Assembly (NCBI GenBank): GCA_046757025.1
Contig: JBHHXN010000006.1
Span: 8,430 to 72,429, forward strand
Reading direction: 5' to 3'
From: a bacterium
GTDB taxonomy: Bacteria; Zhuqueibacterota; Zhuqueibacteria; Oceanimicrobiales; Oceanimicrobiaceae
DNA length: 64,000 bases
How positions within the stretch are numbered: the stretch's first letter is position 1; each line of letters opens with the position of its first letter. This document shows positions 9,834 to 19,600 of this stretch, one piece after another. The position numbers and the translations under genes are program-made. Below the pieces are notes generated by a model. It worked only from the letters and a program-made list of their open reading frames with translations. It was not told the origin of the DNA and made no database searches.

Positions 9834-10238
9834 ATGCAAAAACATTTTAAAAGAGACCTCAAATCACTGGAAAAGATCTTTACCTTCATCGATGCTTTTT
9901 GTGATCAGAATCAGATCGACGAATCGGTTTCGTTTACGCTCAAATTAGTCGTTGAAGAGTTGTTCACAAATATGGTTAAATACAATGACGTGAGTCAACA
10001 TGCCATACTATTAGAACTCAGCAAGCAAGACCAAAATCTGATTATCCGATTAACCGATCCGGATGCGGAGGCATTTGACATCACCAAAACAAAAGATGTG
10101 AAAGTAGATAAGCACCTGCAAGATCGAAAAGTGGGCGGGCTGGGAATTCATTTAGTAAAAAAATTTGTGGATCAGATTGATTACGAATATGAAAATCGAA
10201 AAAGCCAAATTACGTTAACCAAACATCTGGAGAAATAA
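9834..10238 (+). CDS. Anti-sigma regulatory factor / serine kinase (RsbW/SpoIIAB-like, HATPase_c_2)
   Basis: 134 aa with GHKL-type motifs (VEELFTNMVKY, GGLGIHLVKKF). It is immediately followed by a STAS protein. Confidence 0.75.
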   Translation: MQKHFKRDLKSLEKIFTFIDAFCDQNQIDESVSFTLKLVVEELFTNMVKYNDVSQHAILLELSKQDQNLIIRLTDPDAEAFDITKTKDVKVDKHLQDRKVGGLGIHLVKKFVDQIDYEYENRKSQITLTKHLEK

Positions 10239-10239
10239 A

Positions 10240-10524
10240 ATGTTCGACATTAAAATTGCTGAAAATGGTGATATTTCCCTGTCGGGCCGATGGGACGCTT
10301 CGCAAGTTGAAAAGGCGCAAGTTGTTTTCGATACCATTGAAAAATCCACCACCGTCAATTTTAAGGATTTGGAATACATTTCCAGTGCGGGCTTGAGCGT
10401 GTTGCTGGGAACCCAAAAACGATTGAGTGAAATCGATGCCAGCCTGAAATTGATCAATTTGAACAAATATGTTGGAGATGTTTTCCGCTACGCCGGTTTT
10501 GATGCCGTCTTTGATATTTCTTAA
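10240..10524 (+). CDS. STAS-domain anti-sigma-factor antagonist (RsbV/SpoIIAA-like)
   Basis: 94 aa. A conserved phosphorylatable Ser sits in YISSAGLSVLLG. The start is 2 nt after the stop of the kinase. Confidence 0.75.
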   Translation: MFDIKIAENGDISLSGRWDASQVEKAQVVFDTIEKSTTVNFKDLEYISSAGLSVLLGTQKRLSEIDASLKLINLNKYVGDVFRYAGFDAVFDIS

Positions 10525-10540
10525 TAACCTAAATTTTGTT

Positions 10541-10569
10541 TGACATTAGAGCTTGCTGTACTTATATTG
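10541..10569 (+). promoter_or_regulatory. sigma-70-like promoter (TTGACA-17-TATATT)
   Basis: ttgacattagagcttgctgtacttatatt, directly downstream of the STAS gene and about 390 bp upstream of the ECF sigma gene. Confidence 0.35.
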
Positions 10570-10958
10570 TGTCAAATGTTTAACAAAACAAGCGCCCTAC
10601 TCTTGTTTAACACTTTGTTGTTTGAATTTCAAATACTCTGGGGTGTATTTTAAACGGTAGGTTGGTTCCATTGTATTCTTATTTCCTTTCTAAATTGATA
10701 TCAAATCTTATTCCTGAAACCTGTTTCGCAAATTCATGTGGATTGATGATTTTTCAGGTCTGTTAAAATTGTCATCAATTTAATAAATTCAACATTTCCT
10801 GAAATGTACGAGTAAACATTTGCATCCAATTGTGCATGCTGTGTTTAAAATAGCATTTATCATGAAGCAAGCATGGACTATTGGGGAATGGGTTGTAGTC
10901 TTTTTATTTAAAAACTATCGCAATTATTTACCAACTTTTAAAAAGATAAATTGTAATT

Positions 10959-11516
10959 ATGATTGAACCATCAGATAATGACTTGGTGAAAGTGTGTTTG
11001 AAGGGTAAAATAGCGGCGTTCGAAACGTTGATCGAACGCTATCAAAAACCCATCTTCAATTTGGCATTTAGGATGCTCAATGATTACGAGGATGCACAGG
11101 ATGTCGCACAAACTGTTTTTGTGAAAGCCTTTGAAAAACTGGCTACGTTTAACTTCCGTTTCAAATTTTTTAGTTGGATTTACCGAATCGCAGTAAATGA
11201 ATCACTCAATGTTATTAATCAGAGACAGCAAATCGAACAGTTAGATCACAATCTCAATCTCATTTCTGAAGAAAAATCACCTGCAGAGCATTATCAAAAT
11301 CGCGAATTAAATCGAAAAATTCAAATGGCTCTAATGAATCTTAAAATCGATTACCGTGCGGTTATTGTGCTCAGATATTTTGAAGAATTCTCCTATAATG
11401 AAATGAGCTATATCCTTGAGATTCCTGAAAAGACGGTGAAGTCTCGTTTGTTCTCAGCGAGGCAGCAATTACGAAAGATTTTATTACTGAAAGGGTATAT
11501 TGAAAATGATGGATGA
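10959..11516 (+). CDS. ECF (sigma-70 family, group 4) RNA polymerase sigma factor
   Basis: 185 aa with region 2 (FETLIERYQKPIFNLAFRML, YRIAVNESLN) and region 4 (EFSYNEMSYILEIPEKTVKSRL). Confidence 0.85.
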   Translation: MIEPSDNDLVKVCLKGKIAAFETLIERYQKPIFNLAFRMLNDYEDAQDVAQTVFVKAFEKLATFNFRFKFFSWIYRIAVNESLNVINQRQQIEQLDHNLNLISEEKSPAEHYQNRELNRKIQMALMNLKIDYRAVIVLRYFEEFSYNEMSYILEIPEKTVKSRLFSARQQLRKILLLKGYIENDG

Positions 11517-12282
11517 GAAACAGATTGCGCTAATCAATAAAGCCATGGATGGAGAAATCTCTGAAGATGAACAAGCGGAAGTTGAAGAGTTATTGTCCAA
11601 AAACGAGGAAGCCAGAACTTATCATGATGAGCTGCAAAAACTAAAATCGATGTTTGATGAGGTGGCGGCGGTCGAACCGCCCGCCGATCTGAAAAAGAAT
11701 ATCTTAAATATCATCCCGACTCATAAATATCAACAAACGCCGCAGAAAGGATTGTTCAGATCTTTTTTTGAAAACTTTAGATTCGATTTTAATTTCAACT
11801 ATGTTTATGCTTTTGCTTTTGGCCTGGTGTCCGGTATTTTTATCTTTACTTTTTCCAACAACGTCATTCCGCCGAGTACTCGCGACATAAGTGGTGCCCT
11901 GATTGGCGAAAACGCAATGGAAAAATTCAGCACTCTTGAACAGCAGAAATTCAAAGTTGCTGAATTAACCGGTACCGTTGAATTAAAGTGGCATCAGAAT
12001 GTATGTTTGCTTGCAATTGAGCTGAGCTCGAAAACGGCTGTCGATTTGGTTGTGAATTTTGATGACCTCCTTGTTCGCTTCCTGGGATTCCTTCCTCAAA
12101 AAATCGAAAAAATGGATTTAGGCGTAACAGAAAATACAGTAAACCTTTCGCATGGCGGAGCTTTGCGATATGCTTTGTTGTTTGAAGTTCGGAACGAGCC
12201 AGAATCTTTGTTCGAATTAACGATTCTCTCTGCTGAAGGGGAAGTGCTATTTATAAAGGAATATTCATCGCCCGAAAAGTAA
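11500..12282 (+). CDS. Putative membrane anti-sigma factor (single TM)
   Basis: Overlaps the sigma gene by 17 nt. It has an acidic, helical N-terminal domain (about 100 aa), then a TM helix (YVYAFAFGLVSGIFIFTF) and a C-terminal extracytoplasmic domain. The call rests on genomic context and architecture. Confidence 0.55.
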   Translation: MKMMDEKQIALINKAMDGEISEDEQAEVEELLSKNEEARTYHDELQKLKSMFDEVAAVEPPADLKKNILNIIPTHKYQQTPQKGLFRSFFENFRFDFNFNYVYAFAFGLVSGIFIFTFSNNVIPPSTRDISGALIGENAMEKFSTLEQQKFKVAELTGTVELKWHQNVCLLAIELSSKTAVDLVVNFDDLLVRFLGFLPQKIEKMDLGVTENTVNLSHGGALRYALLFEVRNEPESLFELTILSAEGEVLFIKEYSSPEK

Positions 12283-12293
12283 TTTCTGTCAAT

Positions 12294-12415
12294 TTGAGAC
12301 TGTTCAATAATTAGGTTTTGCCAACACAGACATACAATATATAGACATAGTATCCACGACACATGCAATATATCGTATCCGTTTTCAGGAATTTTGAATT
12401 ATTGAACAGTCTCAA
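12294..12415. repeat. 19-bp perfect inverted repeat (ttgagactgttcaataatt / aattattgaacagtctcaa) enclosing an 84-bp AT-rich loop
   Basis: Seen directly between the anti-sigma stop and the repeat-protein start. The loop contains the direct half-repeats catacaatatata / catgcaatatatcgtat. Confidence 0.5.
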
Positions 12416-12526
12416 TTTATGTCTTTTTAATGAAACAATCCCAACCTGTTTCACTCAAGATGGTATTTCGAGTAAGCAGTGTTAAAAAAATATTAAAACC
12501 AATATTCATAATTAATGGAGGTAACT

Positions 12527-13504
12527 ATGACTGACCAAAGGCGCTCGGTATTAAGTACCGGTTTAGGCAAATTGTTAATGGGCGTGGCAGCATTAATCGT
12601 GGTGGTGGTAGTTTATTTCGCATTTTTTGAACCGTGGCCGGGCGGTGAAGACCTGTCTGGCACCATCGGCGGCGTTCAAAAAGCCAAAAAAGAGATCGCT
12701 GAACAGATCAGCGATGAGGATGTCACAATTCAGGATGCGGAAATTCAAAGCGTCGTGCAGAGCGAGGTGTTTCAAAAATTGATCACCGACAGCGATTTCC
12801 AGCATATTTTGGCTCGCGAAGATTTTCAGATGATGTTAGCCCGAGAGGACTTCCAGAACTTGCTGGCGCGGGAAGATTTTCAGCTCATGTTAGCCCGGGA
12901 TGATTTCCAGCATCTGCTGGCTCGCGAAGATTTCCAAAATCTCCTGAATCGGGAAGATTTTCAACTGATGATGGCTCGGGAAGATTTCCAGCATCTGCTG
13001 GCTCGGGATGATTTCCGCAATCTATTAGCCCGGGAAGATTTTCAGCTCATGCTGGAACGAGAAGACTTTCGCAACATGCTGGCACGTGAAGATTTTCAGA
13101 AAGTCATGGCCAGAGAAGATTTCAGGAAAGTCATGGAACGCGAAGACTTTCAAAATTTGCTGGCCAGAGAAGATTTTCAACATTTATTGGCCCGGGAAGA
13201 TTTCCAGAATATGTTGGCACGAGAGGATTTTAGGCACCTGTTGGCGAGAGAGGATTTTCGCCATCTTTTGGCCCGGGAAGATTTTCGCATGATGCTGGCC
13301 CGCGAGGACTTTCAGCATTTACTGGCACGGGAAGATTTTCGGCACTTGCTGGCGCGAGAGGATTTTCAACACCTTCTGGCCCGGGAAGATTTTCGCTTAA
13401 TGATGGCACGGGAAGATTTTCAAAAAGTCATGGCGCGTGAGGATTTTCAACGTATGCTTGAAAGAGAAGATTTTCAAAAAATTGCCACATCGGATGTGAA
13501 GTAA
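12527..13504 (+). CDS. Membrane-anchored protein with about 27 tandem 10-aa repeats (L/M)(A/E)R(E/D)DF(Q/R)x(L/M)(L/M)
   Basis: GGAGG lies 6 nt before the ATG at 12527 (the track ORF starts 12 nt earlier). The N-terminal TM is LLMGVAALIVVVVVYFAFF. From residue about 95 there is an uninterrupted run of 30-bp repeats (LAREDFQHLL, LAREDFRNLL, MAREDFQKVM ...) with synonymous variation. Confidence 0.6.
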   Translation: MTDQRRSVLSTGLGKLLMGVAALIVVVVVYFAFFEPWPGGEDLSGTIGGVQKAKKEIAEQISDEDVTIQDAEIQSVVQSEVFQKLITDSDFQHILAREDFQMMLAREDFQNLLAREDFQLMLARDDFQHLLAREDFQNLLNREDFQLMMAREDFQHLLARDDFRNLLAREDFQLMLEREDFRNMLAREDFQKVMAREDFRKVMEREDFQNLLAREDFQHLLAREDFQNMLAREDFRHLLAREDFRHLLAREDFRMMLAREDFQHLLAREDFRHLLAREDFQHLLAREDFRLMMAREDFQKVMAREDFQRMLEREDFQKIATSDVK

Positions 13505-13580
13505 CGAGCAAAGAAATGCTCATTTTTACGGGCGAAAAGCCCTCCTATCATTAATTGTTTTAATCCAAGCTAAAACAGAC

Positions 13581-13622
13581 GGAGATGTTGTAGCCTCTCT
13601 ATGGCATCTCCTTCTTATTTTT
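13581..13622 (+). terminator. Rho-independent terminator-like hairpin
   Basis: ggagatg-N17-catctcc followed by ttcttattttt, downstream of the repeat protein. Confidence 0.4.
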
Positions 13623-13740
13623 AAATAAAGGGATAGCTGAAAATTGAGTATCTTTCCTGAGATGCGTGCTCTCTTTTTAGGATTCCTTGCCGGTGAAACC
13701 ACCTTCCGGTTTGAATTGAAAATTAGTAAACATTCTGTAC

Positions 13741-16710
13741 TTGAATAAATCACAAAAAAAGACTATGAGAAAGGTTGTAACTGTAAGCGGGTTATTATGG
13801 TATTGGCTGTTTATCGTTTCATCTTTATTCGGCCAAATAAACACTTTAGAAACCGAAAATTTACGACTGATTTATTTTAGTAAGATTCATTCGTTTCTGG
13901 TACCGCATGTGGCGCGTTGCTTTGAAAATTCCTTGAAATTTCATCGTGAACTTTTTGATTACACTCCTTCCGAAAAAATCACGGTGATGCTGCATGATTT
14001 TAATGATTTCGGCAATGCCGGCGCCGATGCCGTCCCCCGAAACAATATCGTCGTCGGCATCGCCCCATATCGCTATGTTTACGAAACTTCGCCCGCGAAT
14101 GAGCGAATGAATTCCACCATGAATCACGAGCTGGCACACGTGGTGGCTATGGATAAAGCCAACAGCGTGGATGGCTTTTTTCGAAAAGTGTTCTGGGGTA
14201 AAGTTGCCATCACACCCGATAATCCCATTTCCATGTTTTACAGTTTCTTAACCACGCCCCGTAGATATTCACCGCGCTGGTATCACGAAGGCCTGGCGGT
14301 TTTTCTGGAAACATGGATGGCCGGAGGCCTGGGTAGAGCGCTTGGAGCGTACGACGAAATGGTTTTCAGGACACTTGTAAGAGACCAGGGACGCATTTAT
14401 GATCTGGTAGGGCTGGAATCGGAAGGAGTGAAAATCGATTTTCAGGTTGGCGTTAATTCCTACCTCTATGGCACTCGTTTTATGAGCTACCTTGCCTATG
14501 AATTCGGTCCGAAAAGTTTGATCCAGTGGGCTGCACGTACTAACGGCAGCCGGGGATATTTTGCTTCGCAATTTAAAAAAACGTACGGCCTGTCCCTGAA
14601 TGACGCCTGGGCGCAGTGGATTCGATGGGAAAACCAGTTTCAGCAATCCAACTTAAAAGCGATTCGAACGAATCCTACTACGCCGATTCGGGAGATCTTA
14701 AATCAAGCCCTGGGCTCGGTCTCGCAAGCTTTTTATGACTCATCAACAGCGAAGGTTTACACGGCCATGCGCTATCCGGGTCAAATTGCGTCGATTGTGG
14801 AAATTGATTTTACCAGCGGCCGGACGCAGAAAATATGCGACATCAAGGGCCCCGCTCTGTATTATGTGGCTTCGCTTACTTATGACCCGCAGAACGCCAC
14901 CATTTTTTATACCACTGACAACAACGATTGGCGGGACCTGCGCTCGATGAATGTCAAGACCCATCGCGGGAAAACGCTGCTTAAAGATGTACGAACCGGC
15001 GATATAGTATTCAATCAGGCTGATGGCTCCATCTGGGGAGTACGGCATTATAATGGCCTGTCAACCATCGTGCGCATTCCACATCCGTACAAAGAGTGGA
15101 ATCAAATCTATTCCTGGCCTTACGGTCAGGATGTTTACGACCTCGCTATCAGTCCGGATGGCAAACTTTTAACCGTCTCTTTGATTGACGTAAGTGGAAA
15201 GCAGAAGTTGATCCTCCTGGAAATTTCGAAATTGATGAGTGGAGACGCCTCGTTTAAGGTGCTGTTTGATTTTGAACATAATTCACCGGAGAATTTTGTT
15301 TTTTCACCAAACGGTAAATACCTTTACGGGACTTCCTATTATTCTGGCGTCTCAAATGTCTTTCGTTTTGATTTGGCTGAAAATGACCTGTCCGTTATCA
15401 GCAATTGCGAAACCGGCTTTTTCCGGCCAGTGCCCGTTTCTCAGGATTCCCTTTTGGTTTTTCGGTACACCAGCAAAGGCTTTGTGCCGGTCATGATCGC
15501 CAGTACCCCCATCGAAAATGTTAGCGCCATCAAATTTTTGGGTCAGGAAACTATAGACAAACATCCCTTGGTTAAAAATTGGATGGCCGGAACGCCAACA
15601 TCCGTGAATATCGATTCCCTGACAATCTATTCAGGCGCTTATCACGGCCTCGCGAATATTGGACTGGCCTCGGCTTATCCCGTGGTGGAGGGCTATAAAG
15701 ATTTCGCTGCTTTAGGAATGCGGTTCAATTTTTCCGGTCCAGTGGGGTTGCATAATTTAGCACTCACCGCTTCTTATTCCATTGATAATGATTCACCGGA
15801 TGATGAAAAACTTCATTTGCAGCTCAGTTACGATTATTTAAATTGGGAGATTTCAGCAAGATACAACGCTTCAAATTTTTACGATTTGTTTGGGCCCACC
15901 AAATCCAGCCGCAAAGGTTATTCTTTGAGTTTGCGCTACAAAAAATCGCTGTTGTACGACGGGCCTAAGCGTATGGGTTACACCGTTCATCTGGCCGGAT
16001 TTGGGAATTTAGAAACCCTTCCCGATTTTCAAAACATCAGCGCGCCGTTCGATAAATTTTTAACTTTCAATGTGAATTATTACTACCAGGATATCCGCAA
16101 ATCACTTGGCGCGGTTGACGATGAGAAGGGTTTTAAGTGGCAAATCGTCGCCAACAACAATTACGTGAACAAAAAGCTGTTTCCACGGGCTTTTACCACT
16201 TTAGATTTGGGAGTGCCACTACCTTTTGGGCACTCCTCCATCTGGCTTCGAAGCGCAGTGGGGCAGTCGGCCAGCAAGCGCAGTGACCGTCTGGTGCAAT
16301 TTGGACAGTTTTTCTTCGGCGGTTTTGGCAATAATTGGGTGGACCATCTTGGCGAGAAAAGATATCGCGAACATTACAGCTTTCCCGGACTCGAGCTCAA
16401 TGAGGTAGGAGGGACCAATTTTGGTAAATTCATGTTGGAATGGAATCTGCCGCCGTTGAGATTTCGACGGGTGGGTTCGCCCTCGCTATATGCTACCTGG
16501 CTGCGTACCACGCTATTCGCCTCCGGCCTGACCACTAATTTCGATGACAAAAGCGTTCGGCGCGAGCTTTTTAATTTTGGTGGACAAATCGATGTGCGAT
16601 TCAGCATGCTGTCACATTTGAAAGCGACTTTGTCGTTCGGCTACGCAGCCGCAATTGAACGACATCAGGATGTTTCCAAAGAATTTATGGTCTCCTTGAA
16701 AATATTGTAA
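13741..16710 (+). CDS. Large secreted protein: zincin-like HExxH domain + TolB-like beta-propeller repeats + C-terminal beta-rich domain
   Basis: 989 aa. The signal or TM segment is LLWYWLFIVSSLFG. HExxH occurs in STMNHELAHVVAM, with a downstream Glu in YHEGLAVFLE. Propeller-like repeats are (ISPDGKLLTVS, FSPNGKYLYGTS). The C-terminal 350 aa has alternating hydrophobic beta-strand character. Confidence 0.5.
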   Translation: MNKSQKKTMRKVVTVSGLLWYWLFIVSSLFGQINTLETENLRLIYFSKIHSFLVPHVARCFENSLKFHRELFDYTPSEKITVMLHDFNDFGNAGADAVPRNNIVVGIAPYRYVYETSPANERMNSTMNHELAHVVAMDKANSVDGFFRKVFWGKVAITPDNPISMFYSFLTTPRRYSPRWYHEGLAVFLETWMAGGLGRALGAYDEMVFRTLVRDQGRIYDLVGLESEGVKIDFQVGVNSYLYGTRFMSYLAYEFGPKSLIQWAARTNGSRGYFASQFKKTYGLSLNDAWAQWIRWENQFQQSNLKAIRTNPTTPIREILNQALGSVSQAFYDSSTAKVYTAMRYPGQIASIVEIDFTSGRTQKICDIKGPALYYVASLTYDPQNATIFYTTDNNDWRDLRSMNVKTHRGKTLLKDVRTGDIVFNQADGSIWGVRHYNGLSTIVRIPHPYKEWNQIYSWPYGQDVYDLAISPDGKLLTVSLIDVSGKQKLILLEISKLMSGDASFKVLFDFEHNSPENFVFSPNGKYLYGTSYYSGVSNVFRFDLAENDLSVISNCETGFFRPVPVSQDSLLVFRYTSKGFVPVMIASTPIENVSAIKFLGQETIDKHPLVKNWMAGTPTSVNIDSLTIYSGAYHGLANIGLASAYPVVEGYKDFAALGMRFNFSGPVGLHNLALTASYSIDNDSPDDEKLHLQLSYDYLNWEISARYNASNFYDLFGPTKSSRKGYSLSLRYKKSLLYDGPKRMGYTVHLAGFGNLETLPDFQNISAPFDKFLTFNVNYYYQDIRKSLGAVDDEKGFKWQIVANNNYVNKKLFPRAFTTLDLGVPLPFGHSSIWLRSAVGQSASKRSDRLVQFGQFFFGGFGNNWVDHLGEKRYREHYSFPGLELNEVGGTNFGKFMLEWNLPPLRFRRVGSPSLYATWLRTTLFASGLTTNFDDKSVRRELFNFGGQIDVRFSMLSHLKATLSFGYAAAIERHQDVSKEFMVSLKIL

Positions 16711-16724
16711 GAAGTGCCCCAAAG

Positions 16725-17729
16725 ATGACCGAATTTATGCGCATGGTTGTCAGCATCCTGCCGGTGTTTTTGTTTCTGGCGGCGCTGATCGTGTTCGACA
16801 GCTACAAACTTGTAAAATTGCAAACCGTGGTACTGACCATTCTGATAGGGTGTTTAGCCGCATTGATTTGTTTTTTAGTAAACAATCAATTGTACTCACA
16901 ATTGGAGGTCGATTTCAAAACATTCATTCGATATGTTTCGCCGTTCACTGAGGAAAGTGTGAAATCGATTTACATCATCTATTTGCTGAGAAAGCATAAA
17001 GTGGGTTTTCTGGTGGATTCAGCTATCTACGGTTTCGCTATCGGTACAGGTTTTGCTTTCATCGAAAACGTATTTTATTTACATTCGGTACAAAATTCAA
17101 ATTTTCTGATCTGGGTGGTACGCGGTTTCGGCACCGCCGTGATGCATGGAACGGCAACGGCATTTTTGGCGGTGTTTTCAAAAAGTTTGTCTGATTGGAA
17201 CCAATCCGTAAAGTGGTTTCTGTTATTGCCCGGACTGCTGGCTGCGGTGTTCACGCATTCATTTTACAATCACTTTTTTTTGCCACCGGCGGTCATCACG
17301 CTGGCCTTTGTTGTCTTGTTACCAATGGTTTTTGTGGCGCTCTTTGAAAGGAGTGAAAAGATAACTCGCAAGTGGTTGGGAGTGGGATTTGACACCGATG
17401 TGGAATTGCTTGAAATGATCGTTTCGGGTAAAATATCAGAAACCCGCATCGGCAAATACCTGGACAGTTTGAAAAACCACTTTCCCGGAGAAGTTGTTGC
17501 CGACTTGTTTTGTCTGCTGAGAATAAACTTGGAACTGGCTATTCGTGCAAAAGGCATTTTGCTGATGCGACAATCGGGGTTTAAAGCCGCAGCGGCTCCT
17601 GACATAAAACAAAAATTGGAAGAATTACAGTACCTTGAAAAAAGTATAGGCAGAACCGGCAAACTCGCCATCCTGCCGTTTTTACATACCAGTCATCGCG
17701 ATCTCTGGCAGTTGTACATGGTCAAATAA
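16725..17729 (+). CDS. PrsW-like intramembrane metalloprotease (anti-sigma factor site-1 protease family)
   Basis: 334 aa polytopic membrane protein with an EExxK motif (FTEESVKS), FxxxH (FIENVFYLH) and His-containing TMs (VMHGTATAF, THSFYNHFF). Confidence 0.55.
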   Translation: MTEFMRMVVSILPVFLFLAALIVFDSYKLVKLQTVVLTILIGCLAALICFLVNNQLYSQLEVDFKTFIRYVSPFTEESVKSIYIIYLLRKHKVGFLVDSAIYGFAIGTGFAFIENVFYLHSVQNSNFLIWVVRGFGTAVMHGTATAFLAVFSKSLSDWNQSVKWFLLLPGLLAAVFTHSFYNHFFLPPAVITLAFVVLLPMVFVALFERSEKITRKWLGVGFDTDVELLEMIVSGKISETRIGKYLDSLKNHFPGEVVADLFCLLRINLELAIRAKGILLMRQSGFKAAAAPDIKQKLEELQYLEKSIGRTGKLAILPFLHTSHRDLWQLYMVK

Positions 17730-17870
17730 TCGTTGACAATATAGAGAAATATTCATAATTTTTTAACACCTCAACTGAGCGATTCATCATCGGGGGATTA
17801 GGGTGTTCAAGTTTTGCTTGAGGGAAGATATCAGACCACATTTTTTTCATTTTTAAAATGAGAGGAAACT

Positions 17871-19214
17871 TTGTTTACTTCGTCATCTGATCAGAAAGAC
17901 CTGGCGGATAATGGCTTGACTACAGATGTTAAAAACATCATAGCAAAAAAAGACGATGAGATACAAAAACTTAAATCTGCGGTTGAAGAGTTAAGCGTAT
18001 TAAACGATTTAGCTATTGATGCCAGCCTCTCCTTGGAAGTGGATCAGATGCTGGACATCATCGTGGAAAAATCCATCAAGGCTGTGAAAGCAGAACAGGG
18101 CTCCATTTTGCTGGTTACGGAACAGGCTGATTCGCCATTAAAAACGCTCATTCGGCAGGCAGATGCAAGGAGCCGATTGCTCACTTACCGGGTGGGTACG
18201 CACATCACCGGCTGGGTGCTCAAAAATCAAAAACCGCTGATGATTGAAGATCTGGCAAACGACGACCGATTCCGGCCCACGGAGCAGGAAAGCAAAGAAA
18301 TCCGTTCTGTTCTGTGTGTCCCCATCCGCTTAAAAGCCAAAATCATCGGTATTCTCATGGTGACCAACAAAAAGACCATGCAACCGTTTAGCGAAAGCGA
18401 TTTGCGGCTGCTCTCCATCATCGCAGCGCAATCCGGCCAGCTCATTCGCAATTCACAACTGCAGCAGGAAGCCCTGGAAAAGAAACGATTGCAAGACGAA
18501 TTAGCGGTGGCGCGCAAAATTCAACTTAGCTTACTGCCGAAAACCAGCCCGGAGATTGAGAATTTTGAAATTGCCAATTACTTTAATCCGGCTACCGAGG
18601 TAGGCGGCGACTATTTCGACTATTTTCAGTTCGATGATTCACAATTTGGTCTTGTGCTGGCGGACGTCTCCGGACATGGGCCGTCTGCTGCCCTAGTGAT
18701 GACGTTGGTTAAAGGTATTTTACACGCCATCACCCACAAATTCAGCTCTCCCGATACCTTGTTGGCGGAAATGAATAAAATTCTCAGCGAGGTCATTCCC
18801 AAAGAGGTGTTTGTGACAATGGTGTTTTTAGTATTTGATCTGAAAGAAAACACACTGCGATTTTCCAATGCCGGGCATAATCCTATATTACACTATTCTC
18901 TCGATGGTAAGTCCTGTGGTAAAATAGAGCTCAAGGGCCCCGCACTCGGATTAACCAGTTTATCCGTGTATCAGCAAATGGATATCCCCCTGTTTTCCGG
19001 GGACGTTATTTTAATTTACACCGACGGCGTGACCGAAGCTTTCAATCAAAAAGGTGACATGTTCGAAGAAGAGCGACTGCGGCAGGCTTTAAAACAGACC
19101 GCGTCGTACGACGCCCGCGCCATCATCGAAAATCTGCGAATGGCGCTTTATACATTTAAAGACGGCGCTCCGCAGGCTGATGACGAAGCCATGATCGCCG
19201 TAAAAATCAAGTAA
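17871..19214 (+). CDS. GAF domain + PP2C-type (SpoIIE/RsbU family) serine phosphatase, paralog 1
   Basis: 447 aa with an N-terminal coiled coil and a GAF region. The PP2C metal-binding motifs are GGDYFDYF, ADVSGHG and YTDGVTEA. It is 45% identical by eye to the downstream paralog. Confidence 0.8.
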   Translation: MFTSSSDQKDLADNGLTTDVKNIIAKKDDEIQKLKSAVEELSVLNDLAIDASLSLEVDQMLDIIVEKSIKAVKAEQGSILLVTEQADSPLKTLIRQADARSRLLTYRVGTHITGWVLKNQKPLMIEDLANDDRFRPTEQESKEIRSVLCVPIRLKAKIIGILMVTNKKTMQPFSESDLRLLSIIAAQSGQLIRNSQLQQEALEKKRLQDELAVARKIQLSLLPKTSPEIENFEIANYFNPATEVGGDYFDYFQFDDSQFGLVLADVSGHGPSAALVMTLVKGILHAITHKFSSPDTLLAEMNKILSEVIPKEVFVTMVFLVFDLKENTLRFSNAGHNPILHYSLDGKSCGKIELKGPALGLTSLSVYQQMDIPLFSGDVILIYTDGVTEAFNQKGDMFEEERLRQALKQTASYDARAIIENLRMALYTFKDGAPQADDEAMIAVKIK

Positions 19215-19600
19215 TATCAAATCAGTTTGATTTTTTAGTGTTAGAACGAAAGTCCGTTTTTGTCATTCTACAGAAAATACAACTACCGATTTATTCTCAA
19301 AGTTGTAAACAGATTATGCAAATCAAATAATTGTGAGCTATTTTTAAAAGAACATCCCAGAGTACAGATTAGGACCGATCTTATGAAATATTCTCAAAAA
19401 AAATTCAATGAAAACAGTCTATGCTTGCTTTTTTGCGAATTTGGTTTTCTCACTTCAAGCATATTCTAGTGATTTGTCTTCTGCTGGGTAGGCACTACTG
19501 ACTTTGAAGAGCGGTCAGAGGTTATAATGAAAAATTGGTGGCATGTCTTTTAAATATAAAATACAATGTAAAATTCTGTAAAAGAAGGTGTTCTACCTTT

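Noticed and set aside
19260-19469. 69-aa ORF and a 28-aa signal-peptide-like ORF (19380-19466) in the 640-bp spacer before the second GAF-PP2C gene
   Set aside because: No RBS. They are AT-rich and adjacent to MITE copy 2. They are probably non-coding, though the hydrophobic 28-mer cannot be excluded as a leader.
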